A stretch of 62,998 bases of DNA, the filler included, from Collodictyon triciliatum (lineage: Eukaryota): NCBI GenBank assembly GCA_043381765.1. It is 7 parts of 7 records of this genome, joined end to end, with 100 filler letters (N's around TTAATTAATTAA, not from the genome) between each part and the next. Parts side by side here need not be neighbours in the genome. Positions count along the whole stretch, not along the records: positions 38,972 to 48,599 come from JBHJMP010002935.1; positions 48,700 to 58,326 come from JBHJMP010002936.1; 5 more parts are not named here. One strand, 5' to 3'. Below, in pieces: positions 43,332 through 55,000 of this stretch (positions are counted from its first letter, which is position 1; each line of letters begins with the position of its first letter). Both the position numbers and the translations under genes were made by a program. Under the pieces are notes generated by a model. That model worked only from the letters and a program-made list of their open reading frames with translations. It ran no database searches and had not been told where the DNA came from.

Positions 43332-44730
43332 TAAACAAAATAAACAAAATAAAAAATAGTCCGGTTGGAAAAAAAAAAGTTATTTACTGCCGCACACCCA
43401 TTTGTGTTGAAAATTTTACTTTGGAGCTCTCCTCGTACGAAAAGTAACCCTAGCGAATACCCCTTCCAACGCATTACATAAGGGAATCAAATAGATGAAG
43501 AAACTCTGCGAGCCTTCGGGAAGCTGGTCTTTTAATCGAATGTATATGCATAGTAGATGGAGGCCTCACTTCTTAGCAACCGGTGGTCACGGGGTTGAAC
43601 TGAGCTGGATTACGCAGCACCCGCAACTGCACCCTTAAAGCAAATCCACAAAAGGTCATGTTCGTGAATTCAGCCGCTTTCTCCGAACGTGAAATGGGTC
43701 TCCAGGTCTCGATCCGGTGAATTATAAAAATCTCGGAAAANNNNNNNNNNNNNNNNNNNNNNNNNNNNNNNNNNNNNNNNNNNNNNNNNNNNNNNNNNNN
43801 NNNNNNNNNNNNNNNNNNNNNNNNNNNNNNNNNNNNNNNNNNNNNNNNNNNNNNNNNNNNNNNNNNNNNNNNNNNNNNNNNNNNNNNNNNNNNNNNNNNN
43901 NNNNNNNNNNNNNNNNNNNNNNNNNNNNNNNNNNNNNNNNNNNNNNNNNNNNNNNNNNNNNNNNNNNNNNNNNNNNNNNNNNNNNNNNNNNNNNNNNNNN
44001 NNNNNNNNNNNNNNNNNNNNNNNNNNNNNNNNNNNNNNNNNNNNNNNNNNNNNNNNNNNNNNNNNNNNNNNNNNNNNNNNNNNNNNNNNNNNNNNNNNNN
44101 NNNNNNNNNNNNNNNNNNNNNNNNNNNNNNNNNNNNNNNNNNNNNNNNNNNNNNNNNNNNNNNNNNNNNNNNNNNNNNNNNNNNNNNNNNNNNNNNNNNN
44201 NNNNNNNNNNNNNNNNNNNNNNNNNNNNNNNNNNNNNNNNNNNNNNNNNNNNNNNNNNNNNNNNNNNNNNNNNNNNNNNNNNNNNNNNNNNNNNNNNNNN
44301 NNNNNNNNNNNNNNNNNNNNNNNNNNNNNNNNNNNNNNNNNNNNNNNNNNNNNNNNNNNNNNNNNNNNNNNNNNNNNNNNNNNNNNNNNNNNNNNNNNNN
44401 NNNNNNNNNNNNNNNNNNNNNNNNNNNNNNNNNNNNNNNNNNNNNNNNNNNNNNNNNNNNNNNNNNNNNNNNNNNNNNNNNNNNNNNNNNNNNNNNNNNN
44501 NNNNNNNNNNNNNNNNNNNNNNNNNNNNNNNNNNNNNNNNNNNNNNNNNNNNNNNNNNNNNNNNNNNNNNNNNNNNNNNNNNNNNNNNNNNNNNNNNNNN
44601 NNNNNNNNNNNNNAGTCTGCGAACTCGTTGAACCAATGCAAGCTGCTCAGCTGGATTTAAAATTGAATAAAACATTACTACCAAATAATTATGTGCGTTT
44701 GTTTTTAAATACTAATATAAATATTAAAGT

Positions 44731-45252
44731 ATGCCGGAAATTCCAGAAAATATTAAAAAAGAATTGCCCAAAGATTTCGATGAAGTTTGGGAGGTTGTTG
44801 AAATCGGAGACATTCAAAAGAATGATTATATTTCCTATTTCCCCAAGCCCCGCAAATATCAATCGCGTGACTCTGAAACAAAGCCCCAGCTAGTGAAAGG
44901 CGGATATGTTACATTCACCCCAGACGAAGAGAAAAAAGAAATTCGCGGCACAAAAGAAAATGTAATTGGTTTGCGCAGTTTCAAATCAAAGTGGTCTATT
45001 AGCGAATCAGATGTTTATTTCTTTTGCAAGTCAAAGAAAGACTCGAAAGAGATTTTGAAAAAAGGAATTGCGAAAGCCAATGAGACAAAGACCGAGGTAC
45101 GCAAACGCAAGGCCGAAATACTCAAGGACGAAATCAAGGAGGCGGAAAAGATGAGCGTCAATAAAGAGGCCATTGAGGAGGCTGTAAAGGCCGCCGCTGA
45201 GACTGATTCTCCAATTAAAAAAAAAAGAGGCAGACCAAAGAAGAAGGTCTAA
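44731..45252 (+). CDS. Hypothetical Lys/Glu-rich protein with a C-terminal AT-hook (element ORF)
   Basis: Intact 173-aa ORF ending KKKRGRPKKKV. Its stop overlaps the integrase stop at 45249-45252. Confidence 0.8.
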   Translation: MPEIPENIKKELPKDFDEVWEVVEIGDIQKNDYISYFPKPRKYQSRDSETKPQLVKGGYVTFTPDEEKKEIRGTKENVIGLRSFKSKWSISESDVYFFCKSKKDSKEILKKGIAKANETKTEVRKRKAEILKDEIKEAEKMSVNKEAIEEAVKAAAETDSPIKKKRGRPKKKV

Positions 45253-46439
45253 GTTTTATTTCTTCTGGCAGCGCGTTCTGCGCGAGAAGTAGCTTGAGCT
45301 GTCTTTGTCGCCTCATTGAACTTGAATAAATCTTTCTCCTCTAAACCAGAGGCCCCTTTCATTTTTCGAGGCTTTGCTTCTTTTAAAAATTCATCCAAGT
45401 CGTCTTGCTCTTCAAATTCTTTGACGAGTTGTTTTTTGGGTTTATGTGTTTTGCCTTTGGTGACTGTGTCGTCGATCAGAAGCAAGTCAGAGCGCTTGAA
45501 ATTTGTCTTTGCGATTTTCGCATTGGTTGATTCGACTTTGACATAAGGCACAGCCCATTCGCTGGTTGGTTTGCTTTCTTTGATGACTGTATATATTTCA
45601 TTACTCCAACGGGGCAAGTACCCCTTTGAAGTTTTCAGTTTTTGTTTTATATTCACAGGCAGGTCAGTCTTCTCAAGAAGTATTCTGACTTTGTCTCCAG
45701 GTTGGAATGGTTTGTCCTTGCCGGCATTCTGATTCTTTTTGCCTGCATATTTTTTTTGGTTCTCGATAATTTGCTCCTGGTACTTTGGCAAAACCGCAAC
45801 ATCAGGCACAACCTTTGTTGTTTCATTTTTGACAAGATTAATAGAGTCTGTGAATTCTCTGAGATGGGGGATTGGGTCGTCGCCAGTCTTTTGCAGATAG
45901 CCGTAGAGTGCGCGCTTGATTGTGCCATTGGCTCTTTCGACAAAGGCATTGGTCGTGGGATTACCTGGAGAACTTTTCACGCTTTTAATATTATTACTTT
46001 CTAAAAGTTTTGGAACTTCACCTTCAAATTCTTTTCCATTGTCTGACTGAATGGTCGTGACCAATTTATATTCTTTAATAAACTTTTCTAATTGCTGGGA
46101 TACTTCTTTGCTGGAATTTGCCTTCAGTGGATAGGCCCACAGCTTTCGCGTGAATACATCAACACAAGTCAGAATATATTTCGCGTCTTCTGATTCCAGG
46201 TTTCCTACATCAATCGTGTCTATCTGAATGTACCCTGGTTTGAATCGCATCATGGTTGCTTGTTTGCGTTCTGACTTTCTCGCTTGGAGAGTTTGGTAGT
46301 CTGGTTGCTGTTTGAGAAATTCTTCGACAGTCTTTTTTTTAATTCCAAATTCTTTGACCAGCGCCCAAAGTCCGGCAACTGAATTTGTGTGCTTGGGTGC
46401 ATTATAATACTTTTCCAATATTTTCATTTCGTCAGTCAT
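45249..46439 (-). CDS. Retroviral-like (rve) DDE integrase, Polinton/Maverick c-integrase type
   Basis: QIDTID, YILTCVDVFTR, IQSDNGKEF and AFVERANGTIK (D,D-35-E); C-terminal FQPGDKVRI..KGYLPRWSNEIYTV; no chromodomain visible. Confidence 0.93.
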   Translation of the reverse strand: MTDEMKILEKYYNAPKHTNSVAGLWALVKEFGIKKKTVEEFLKQQPDYQTLQARKSERKQATMMRFKPGYIQIDTIDVGNLESEDAKYILTCVDVFTRKLWAYPLKANSSKEVSQQLEKFIKEYKLVTTIQSDNGKEFEGEVPKLLESNNIKSVKSSPGNPTTNAFVERANGTIKRALYGYLQKTGDDPIPHLREFTDSINLVKNETTKVVPDVAVLPKYQEQIIENQKKYAGKKNQNAGKDKPFQPGDKVRILLEKTDLPVNIKQKLKTSKGYLPRWSNEIYTVIKESKPTSEWAVPYVKVESTNAKIAKTNFKRSDLLLIDDTVTKGKTHKPKKQLVKEFEEQDDLDEFLKEAKPRKMKGASGLEEKDLFKFNEATKTAQATSRAERAARRNKT

Positions 46440-46476
46440 AATTTAATTTATAAAATATTATTTATTTAAAAACGCG

Positions 46477-46717
46477 CGCCCCCTCCAACAACTTTCCGCC
46501 TCCGCTTGATGATCGAGTGGTGGAGCTTGAGCCCTTAGCCCCCGGGCTCCAATCGCCTATATTATTCTATTTTATTTTTTTAAAATTTTAAAATTTTAAA
46601 ATAAAAAAAGAAGATATATAAAAGGATTTGGGCAGGAAAAATTCTTAGCCATTGACCATCAATCTCAACATTAAGAAAATGAATTCAGCGGATGCGGAAA
46701 ATTGTTGGAGGGGGGCG
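46477..46717. promoter_or_regulatory. Nested inverted-repeat (fold-back) region between the integrase and the Zn-binding ORF
   Basis: Outer arms at 46477-46506 and 46687-46717, plus inner stems and a central palindrome TTTAAAATTTTAAAATTTTAAA. Function is inferred. Confidence 0.6.
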
Positions 46718-46720
46718 ATT

Positions 46721-47179
46721 TTATTTTGGTATGCGGCGGCAGACTGAACACTTTGAATGTTTAGGTTCGCATTCTTGATTGCATTTATCACAAAGTCCTT
46801 TTCGACATTTATTGCATCTATTGACTATTCGATTCAAATGCGGCTCGTGGCATATGTCGCAGTTGCGGCCGCTGGCACATCTGTCTGGCAAAAATTGTTT
46901 TTTACAACAGCTACCCAATGTTATAATTTTTTTGCCGTCGGTAATCCAATGATTGTATTTAATCCAGTGTGTGCACACACATTCAGATGTAGGAGGGGGC
47001 AGTTCAAGGTGTAAGAACATCTCTGGATTTGATTTGATACATAGAATGTGATACGATAATCCATCACTGGCATCATCTCCACCAATGTACCACCAACCAT
47101 TTAAGTCTGCTGGTACCATTTTATATTTGCTGTAAAGTCCATCGATAAAATTTTTGTGCAATTCGTAATCAGCTTCCAT
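46721..47179 (-). CDS. Cys-rich putative Zn-binding protein, large-DNA-virus-like (element ORF)
   Basis: CVCTHWIKY...LGSCCKKQF motif plus four CxxC pairs; intact 152-aa intronless ORF. Confidence 0.8.
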   Translation of the reverse strand: MEADYELHKNFIDGLYSKYKMVPADLNGWWYIGGDDASDGLSYHILCIKSNPEMFLHLELPPPTSECVCTHWIKYNHWITDGKKIITLGSCCKKQFLPDRCASGRNCDICHEPHLNRIVNRCNKCRKGLCDKCNQECEPKHSKCSVCRRIPK

Positions 47180-47228
47180 TATGAAAAAACTATTTCGACA
47201 ACTTTAAATTTAAAATCAATTTTTGTTT

Positions 47229-47555
47229 TCACCACAAGAAATGCCACGCCCAGAATCCCGCACTCCTTGGGTCATCTATGTTATCTTTGGCGTGGCGCTT
47301 TCTGTATTGTGCCCGTTGTTTTGAATCATTCGTATCTAATGATTTATAAAATCCGAATTGATCTTTGTAGTGTTTGTATCGTCTGTCTCCAAAATGCACA
47401 GGGCTTGATAGCATTCTAACAAAGTCTCCCTTAATTTCTGGGTGGGGTTGTTTGGGTCCCGCAAGCCAGGCTGTATATTTTTTATTTTTATTTAGCGACG
47501 GTTTAATAACATAAGTCTGCCCTTTCACCTTGACTTCTTTTTTAAATTCACTCAT
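47229..47555 (-). CDS. Tlr6F-like (DUF5754-like) small basic protein (element ORF)
   Basis: KPS..KNKKY...VHFGDRRYKHY...R..YRKRH...SAGFWAWHFLW matches the motif pattern I recall for this virus/PLV family. Confidence 0.75.
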   Translation of the reverse strand: MSEFKKEVKVKGQTYVIKPSLNKNKKYTAWLAGPKQPHPEIKGDFVRMLSSPVHFGDRRYKHYKDQFGFYKSLDTNDSKQRAQYRKRHAKDNIDDPRSAGFWAWHFLW

Positions 47556-47730
47556 ACCATTTGCGTAGAAAATATTCTAGTATATTCTAGAACATTGCAC
47601 ACAGATGTTGCCAAATCTGGAAATTATCCATATATAGATGGATGCAGGGGTATATAAAGGCGCAGGAAATTAAAAGACGGAATAAACTGATACTTTTATA
47701 TTCTAGGTATATAGAATATAAAAGTATCAC

Positions 47731-48313
47731 ATAAGGTCTCATTTGCAACCACCGAACCATGAGGTAGCTTCACTTTGCAGGATATCGGGGCAGACTCGCA
47801 GCAGAAGCAACACACCGTTTTTGTGTTTTCACCTTCGATGGGGACTTCAAATATTGGCTTGGTCGCATCTTGCACGCGAAACAGGAGAACGTCAAGTTTA
47901 TCCTTCGGGTCGACCTTCCAAGACAATAAAATTCTGGCCTTAAGCGAGTACTTTATGTTCCCAGATTCTCCTTTGAATGAGGATGGAAGAGTGTTATCTG
48001 TTGGAAAGGTGAAGTAAAAAGGAAGTCGATATTCTCCAGCAGTAATCTCGCTCGTTCCGCCAGTCAAACTGGGTTTCCAAACGTCTTGTTTCTGCTCATA
48101 AAAAGTTTTCCTCTCGCTGTGTGATGAGTCATTATCGATGCGTACGAGAGTATCGACTTTTCCAGTAAAGCGAACCAACACGCCGAAGGGACTAATTGGG
48201 CTGGAGACAGACAAACAAATAAATCCTCTAAGAGGTTGGTTCGAAAAATGCGCTTGGGTTGAAGGAGACTCTGTCTCGATCTTGACTTTGACCCCACCAG
48301 TTAGGTATTCCAT
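47731..48313 (-). CDS. Alpha-arrestin-domain protein, first exon; probable continuation at about 44614-44686 and into the gap
   Basis: VRFTGKVDT, ITAGEYRLPFYFTFP..LPSSFKGESGNIKYSLKA, CCFCCESAPISCKVKLP..VVANETL. A downstream LALVQRVR resembles the arrestin-C strand. Confidence 0.85.
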
Positions 48314-49074
48314 CTGCGCAAGTTCTATTGGCTTGTTTTTCGAGGGTTATTTTCAATAGTCTGATACTCGTGTTTGCTTAGTTTTCTTTGCTTTTGCTGT
48401 TTTTTCTTCTTTTTCTTCTTTTTTTTCTTTTTTTCATTTTTCATTTTTCATTATTTGTAATTTTTTGTAATTTTTTGTCCATTTTTTTAGTTGTCTCATC
48501 GTTTTATTTTATTTTTCGTACTTTTCTTCATTCTTGGTTCTTTTTTGTTTAAGTTTTCGTTTTCCATCCTTTTTTTTTTTTTTTTTTTTTTCTTTCTTTN
48601 NNNNNNNNNNNNNNNNNNNNNNNNNNNNNNNNNNNNNNNNNNNTTAATTAATTAANNNNNNNNNNNNNNNNNNNNNNNNNNNNNNNNNNNNNNNNNNNNG
48701 AAGAAAAGAAGAAAAGAAGAAAAGAAGAAAAGAAGAAAAGAAGAAAAGAAGAAAAGAAGAAAAGAAGAAAAGAAGAAAAGAAGAAAAGAAGAAAAGAAAA
48801 ACCAAAACAAAAACATGAGAAGCGGAATGAAGTTTTGCTGTAGCTGACTGAAAAAATTAAATAAGGAAATACATAATCCATTTCAATTGGCGCTCACATT
48901 TATAAACATATTTGATTCGAAGAAATGTTTTAATTTAGTATTAAAATTTGTTACCAATAAACCTTTTTTTTAAATGATATGATATGTAATTGAATTCCAA
49001 AGTTTCACTTTTAATTTCATGCTTTACCACAAACAATATCCGCACGCTCACCAAACAACATGTTATGCACAAAG

Positions 49075-52000
49075 GAAATCAAAGTACCCGCTTCAAAGTG
49101 CAATTTCAGCACCACAATCGATGGTGATGGTTACAATGACAACACGATGATGGCATCCTTGGACGAAGCCAATCTCCTTCAAAACCTCCGACACAGACTC
49201 CAACACGGAAAAATATACGTAATAAATTTCTCTTTCAATTCGCTAATGCAAATATGGTAATAATAATTCCTCTTCACCTCAAATCCAGCTGTGATTTAAC
49301 TTCCAGCTTAACGCTTACAAAACCTCCTTAAATACCACACGAAGCTAACATATTCAAATACAAAAACATAAAGCTTAAGTCAGTAATGTCCGAACACTTA
49401 TGAACAATGATTTGATATTCCTTTCATGCGTAATGTGCCGTCATATCCCGTCGTTTCGCACCTTTTTAACTCTCATTCAGCTTATCACAACTGTTTACGC
49501 GAATCAATTACAACATATCCAGACTTACACGGGATACATCCTTTTGGCGATCAATCCATTTCAGTCTATTACAAACACGTATGGCCCTGAGGTGATTGAA
49601 ATGTATCGCGGCAAGCCCATGGGTCAACTTCCTCCTCATATATACGCCGTAGCCGATCGCGCATATCGCTCTATGAAGTGTGGTATGTTAAACGGAATTA
49701 TACTATTCTATTACACGAACATTCCATTTTTCCTCGAAAGATAAGAGTCTTACGGTCCTTTTTTTTTTCCGCCATATAACCTGATTCACCTATACAGAGA
49801 GAAAAAGTCAATCAGTACTGATTAGTGGAGAAAGTGGGGCAGGGAAAACAGAAAGCAGCAAGTTTCTCATACAATATCTTGTTACTGTCGGAGGTCATGC
49901 AACCACAACAAATCTTGAAAACCGCATCATATCAAGGTGATTAAAATCAATTCGAATATATGTAATTTACTTATGAATTCCGCGATTCACATAAAGCATG
50001 AGTCATTTGCATAGTCTCATTTTCCATTATGATTTCGACTCTGATATTGAACGAAACCACCACGACTAGTGCTTATCAACACATGTAATCCATTCCAAAT
50101 TCTTTTCACTTAACAAGTATACTTTTTTCTCCTCAAAATCGGCATAGTAATCGAATATTGGAGTCCTTTGGTAACGCCCGCACGGTGCACAACAACAATT
50201 CATCTCGTTTTGTAATTTTAACACTCCACCAATTCGTCATAACTTTGGGCCTTTAAATAGTCGCAATTTAAATTATACTCTTTGCAATGGTTAATTTAAA
50301 ATGAAGCAATAACAATGCTTTGTCATTAAAATCATGTCAATTGGCCATCCCATTAATTTAATACCTTTTTTTTTAAAAAAAATATTAGGGAAAATTTATT
50401 CAAATCCATTTCAACGACGCCTTCCGTGTTTCGAAGGCTGCCGTTGTCACATGTAAGTGCACATTCCAACCTGTATCCTTGGCTATCGCTGTATTTTTTT
50501 CGATATTATCGTGGCTCTATGAATCGAAAAAAGGAAAAAAATTGTGACCAAACTCTATTAAACTAACTCCCCAAATTTCCAAATAAAATCATATGTCATC
50601 GCTTACAAAATAAGATTTGCTGGAAAAGGTACTCACTACTGTTAATAAAACACGCACATGTTCATTATTTAAACAGAAATTTAGTTAATTGAAGGTAAAC
50701 ATATAAAATTCTTTTTATTCTAATGGGTGTCGCTTCTGTATTAGTCTCGAGTTGTCTGGCAAGCAGATAAAGAGCGTAATTTTCACATATTTTATCAGCT
50801 TTGCGCCGGTGCACCCACAGAGCTGAAAGGTTTCTTCATATCTCTCAACCTCCTATTTTTTTTTAAAAAAATTTAGGAACAAAAATTTAAAAGACATAGT
50901 CAAGACTTACACCTCAATCCCCTCTCACAATTATGGATGGTGTAAACTGGCATATTATAGCGAGATTTATATGCTGTATTTGACATGTCCTTTTTTATTT
51001 TTAATTCTGAAAGCCTACTCTCATGTTTCAAAAAAAAATGAATAGCGGATCTGAAATTGAATGAGCAATCTGAATTTCGGTACTTAACCACGGGAAATCC
51101 TACCAAAAAAGACTCTGATGCTGATTCAGAACGATTTACTGAGCTCCAGGCAATCATTTATTACTGCTTGCATATTCATTTTACTCTATGTTACGATTTT
51201 TAATATACTTTTTGCTCTACTTTATCATATTTAGGCTGCCTTGGAAATATTCGGAATGAATACTGAACAGCAAAAGCAAATATTCCGCATTTTGGCTGGG
51301 ATTCTACATCTTGGTAATGTCACTTTTGCAGACAATCGAGAGGGTCATGCAGAAATGACGGAGATGCAATGTGAGAATTTATTTTTTGAATGAACTTACT
51401 CAGGTTTTATGATTAAACATCTGGGTCTTTGTTTTATGAAAATGAACAATGCTCATGCACAGCCGTTTATTTGTTCTCACAAAACCACAACCTCAACCTT
51501 TTCCTGATAGCAATAGAGAACGCGGCTGTTCTTCTAGGAATTCGTGCAGAGTTTTTGATACAAAATCTGTTAACCAGGAAGATGGAATCATCCTCAAGGA
51601 AACGCTCTCTGATTGAAATCCAATTATCTGCCGAACAGGTCAGCGTCAATATGACACTCATACAATGTCAATCAAATAATTCACAATCTACGATATATAC
51701 GAATCCTGAAAAAGATACAATTAGTATTTGCCATTTCATGGATTGACTAAAATAATTTGCGCATTCGAATACGTTAGGCCCATTCCTCGAGGGACACGAT
51801 GGCAAAGACAATCTATGGAAGATTATTCGATTGGATTGTTCAGAAAATAAACACATCGCTCAGTAACTCTTCAGCTCAGTCAGTGTCATTTATCGGTATT
51901 TTGGATATATTTGGCTTCGAAAATAATGAGGTATATTAATTCGTTGGCAGAAATCTCGCATCTAACAAGAATTTCTCGATAGATAGAGATCTATAATGTA

Positions 52001-55000
52001 TTTTCTCCGCCAAATTTCGTTTACGACTGTTGACTATTTGATTATATATATTTTTCTTATAGTGTACTATACCACCTCCATATGGATTATAAAATATACG
52101 TTCATTTCTCTCAGGTGAACCATTTGGAACAGTTATGCATAAACTTCTGTAATGAGAAGCTCCAACACCATTTTAACAAATGCATTTTCCTACAAGTAAC
52201 TTTTGTATTCATTTGATTTAACACGCTACAGTATTTTAGTGCCATTAAGTTTATTCTTGGAAACACTGTTAGTCAATTTACTTTAATGTTAGTGTCATTT
52301 GTTAAAGTTTATATCGTAATCAAAATCTATTATTTTTTTTACAGGAAAATGAAATTTATAAGAGTGAAGGAATCCCGTGTCCGGATATCACTTTTAAAGA
52401 TGTGCAGGGCTGTCTCGATTTGATTGAAAAGGTAGCTTTAGCTGAGGCTTGTACATATTTGCGTACACATTTCTACAATAAATTAGCACTCTGTCGCATT
52501 TAATTACCAAAGAAGTTCATGCCTTTGGAGTCTATGCATCAAATCATTGACATACATATCATTTTACTTTTTTTCATTAAGTAGAACGCAAATTTGTAAA
52601 CTTTGAAAACAACAAACTCGTAAAGGGTACAGGCATATTTCCTCTACTCGATGAGGAATGTCGGTTTCAGAATGGAAAATCATCCAACTTTACAGCTCGC
52701 GTGAAAGGCAAGTTTGCAAATCACCCAAATCTCAAACAAGCCAAGAAAGTATCAAATCAGGCTGAGGCATTTTCAATCGCACACTATGCTGGAGAGGTTT
52801 TGACATTTTCAACTATATCTGAAAAAAATGAAGAAACTACTTCTGGGACAAGACATTCTCTAAAACTGTATCAATTCGTTTAATAATCCACACTTTTAAT
52901 GATTTTTGACATTCGCATATCTTTAATTTAATTTTTCACGTAAAAGGTTACTTACCAAACAAACATGTTTTTGCAACAAAACAACGATTCTATCCATCCT
53001 GACTTGAAAGGGTTGTTGGACGAAAGGTCTTTTATTTGTTTCTATAAAACTATCATTACCATAAACATTTTTTCTACACACCCGTTGAACTTCAATTTGT
53101 ACTAACGTTGTAATTATTTTTTTTTTTATTACTGTGAAGCACTTTGCCAATAATTCGCTCTCCTGTCGTAAGTATTTCTTTCTTTTAGATGGTTTAAAGA
53201 CAAAGTTGCGATTTTTCTTGCCTCTCCCAAAAACTTTATATCGAATGAACTGTTTGTTTTAAATGTTTATGTAGATTACCTTTTCTTTTATAACCATTCA
53301 CTCGTATATGGACATATTCACTCTTTAACTTATGAAAGGAAAATGGGAACTCGACCGAAGCTCGCTCACGATTCAAAAGTGTAACTGCCGAATTTGTGGT
53401 ACGTGCACCACTTACATCAAGCAGGGCGTGGAAGCCAATATCATAAAATTATTTTGTACTCTGGACAATTATTCAATATGAACCCTTTTTTTCTTTCCCC
53501 GCCAGAATTCTCACTTTATTCTTTTGGCCACCCAGAAACAACTCAATAGTCTCATGCAAGTTCTTGAAAATACAACTTCCCACTATGTTCGGTGCATTAA
53601 GCCAAACTCCAGTCAGTCACCACAACTGTTTACCAGTTCAAGGTTTATTAATCTTCCATAAGAACTTTACATCTCCATGAACGATATATTTTTAATATGA
53701 TTTTGAATGTGTAGCGTCCTCAAGCAACTTCGATGCAGCGGAATGATAAATACGCTTACGCTGATGAATACAGGGTATCCGACAAGATGTCCATACGATC
53801 ATTTGTTAGAGAGGTATACCTATATCCGACATGTATTTCTTAGGTTTAATAAAGCTCCGACATGATAGCTTTTAATCATACTATTTTATGCAAGGTTTAA
53901 TTACTCTGTCAACTTTTGTCGGTTTTTTTTTTCACAGCTTTATTCATATATTCCTTAGATATCAAAATGTGCTTCCTTCAACTCTTGCCACTCTATCAGC
54001 TCATAACTTTGTCGCAGCCCTATTTTTATCACTGGATGTCCCTCTTGAGGACTACAAACTTGGAGTAACAAGAGTTTTCTTGAAGGCTGACAAGGTTTTA
54101 TTCAATTATTTGACTTTTTTGTGTCCAAGCCAATCCTTACGTCTTCAAATCGACATGAATGATATACGTTAACCACAGGCTCTGTTTACCTTAAGTACTA
54201 CTCGAAAGATTATTGGAATTTAGAATAATTTATTCTCTCTTTTTTTTCCTTTTTTTTTTTTTTACTGCATCTAAGCTTTCGCTTATTGAGGAGCTAAAAG
54301 GAAATGGTACAGAGCCTTCCCCTGATATTGTAAGGAAAATTAAATCATTTGTTTCAAGAAGACGGTTAAAACAAGTGGTTGCATTATCGGTCGCGTATGT
54401 AAGATGTAAGTATTTAATTTTCCATAATTCTTGATGCCAGGCTTATCAATTTTTTTTATAAATTATTATCATAAGTATATAATTTGAATCAATATTTTCT
54501 CTCCCAAAACGAATTACTACTATTAATAACCAATTTTTTAAAGTAAGAAAAACTCTTCATCAGATGAGGGCAGTCTCTTGGCTGTCAAAGTACACTTTTT
54601 ATATTTATTATTCTCCTTATTCTGCTTGTTCTTGTATTTTGCGTATTCTTTGGCAACAATAAAAAAAAGTGCACAATTGAATATTAGATTCTAAAATAAG
54701 TTCTGGTTTACTGCAGATTTGTCAGAATATTATGTTTAATCTCGAAACCGATGAGAAATCTGGTTAGCTTCGCCCGTACTAAACTGAGGAGTCGTGCTGC
54801 TATTCAAATTCAGAAAAGTAGTTTCTAGTTTATAGTTAGGAGTAGTACACAAAAGTATATATTGCCCTTAAATCCCTCATTTTTTCTGGTTTTATAAAAT
54901 TTGCTTACTCTCATGCTGAAATATAGATGTCAGGATGGTAATAGCCAGAATGAAATACAAACAAATTAAAGCTGCATGTATTATTATTCAGTCTTTTACA

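Larger units (their letters stand above)
44651..47730. mobile_element. Polinton/Maverick- or Polinton-like-virus-derived integrase element with four intronless ORFs; ends approximate
   Basis: Gene-dense intronless cassette in an intron-rich genome, containing an rve integrase, a Tlr6F-like ORF, AAAATTGA motifs and hairpins. Confidence 0.8.
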
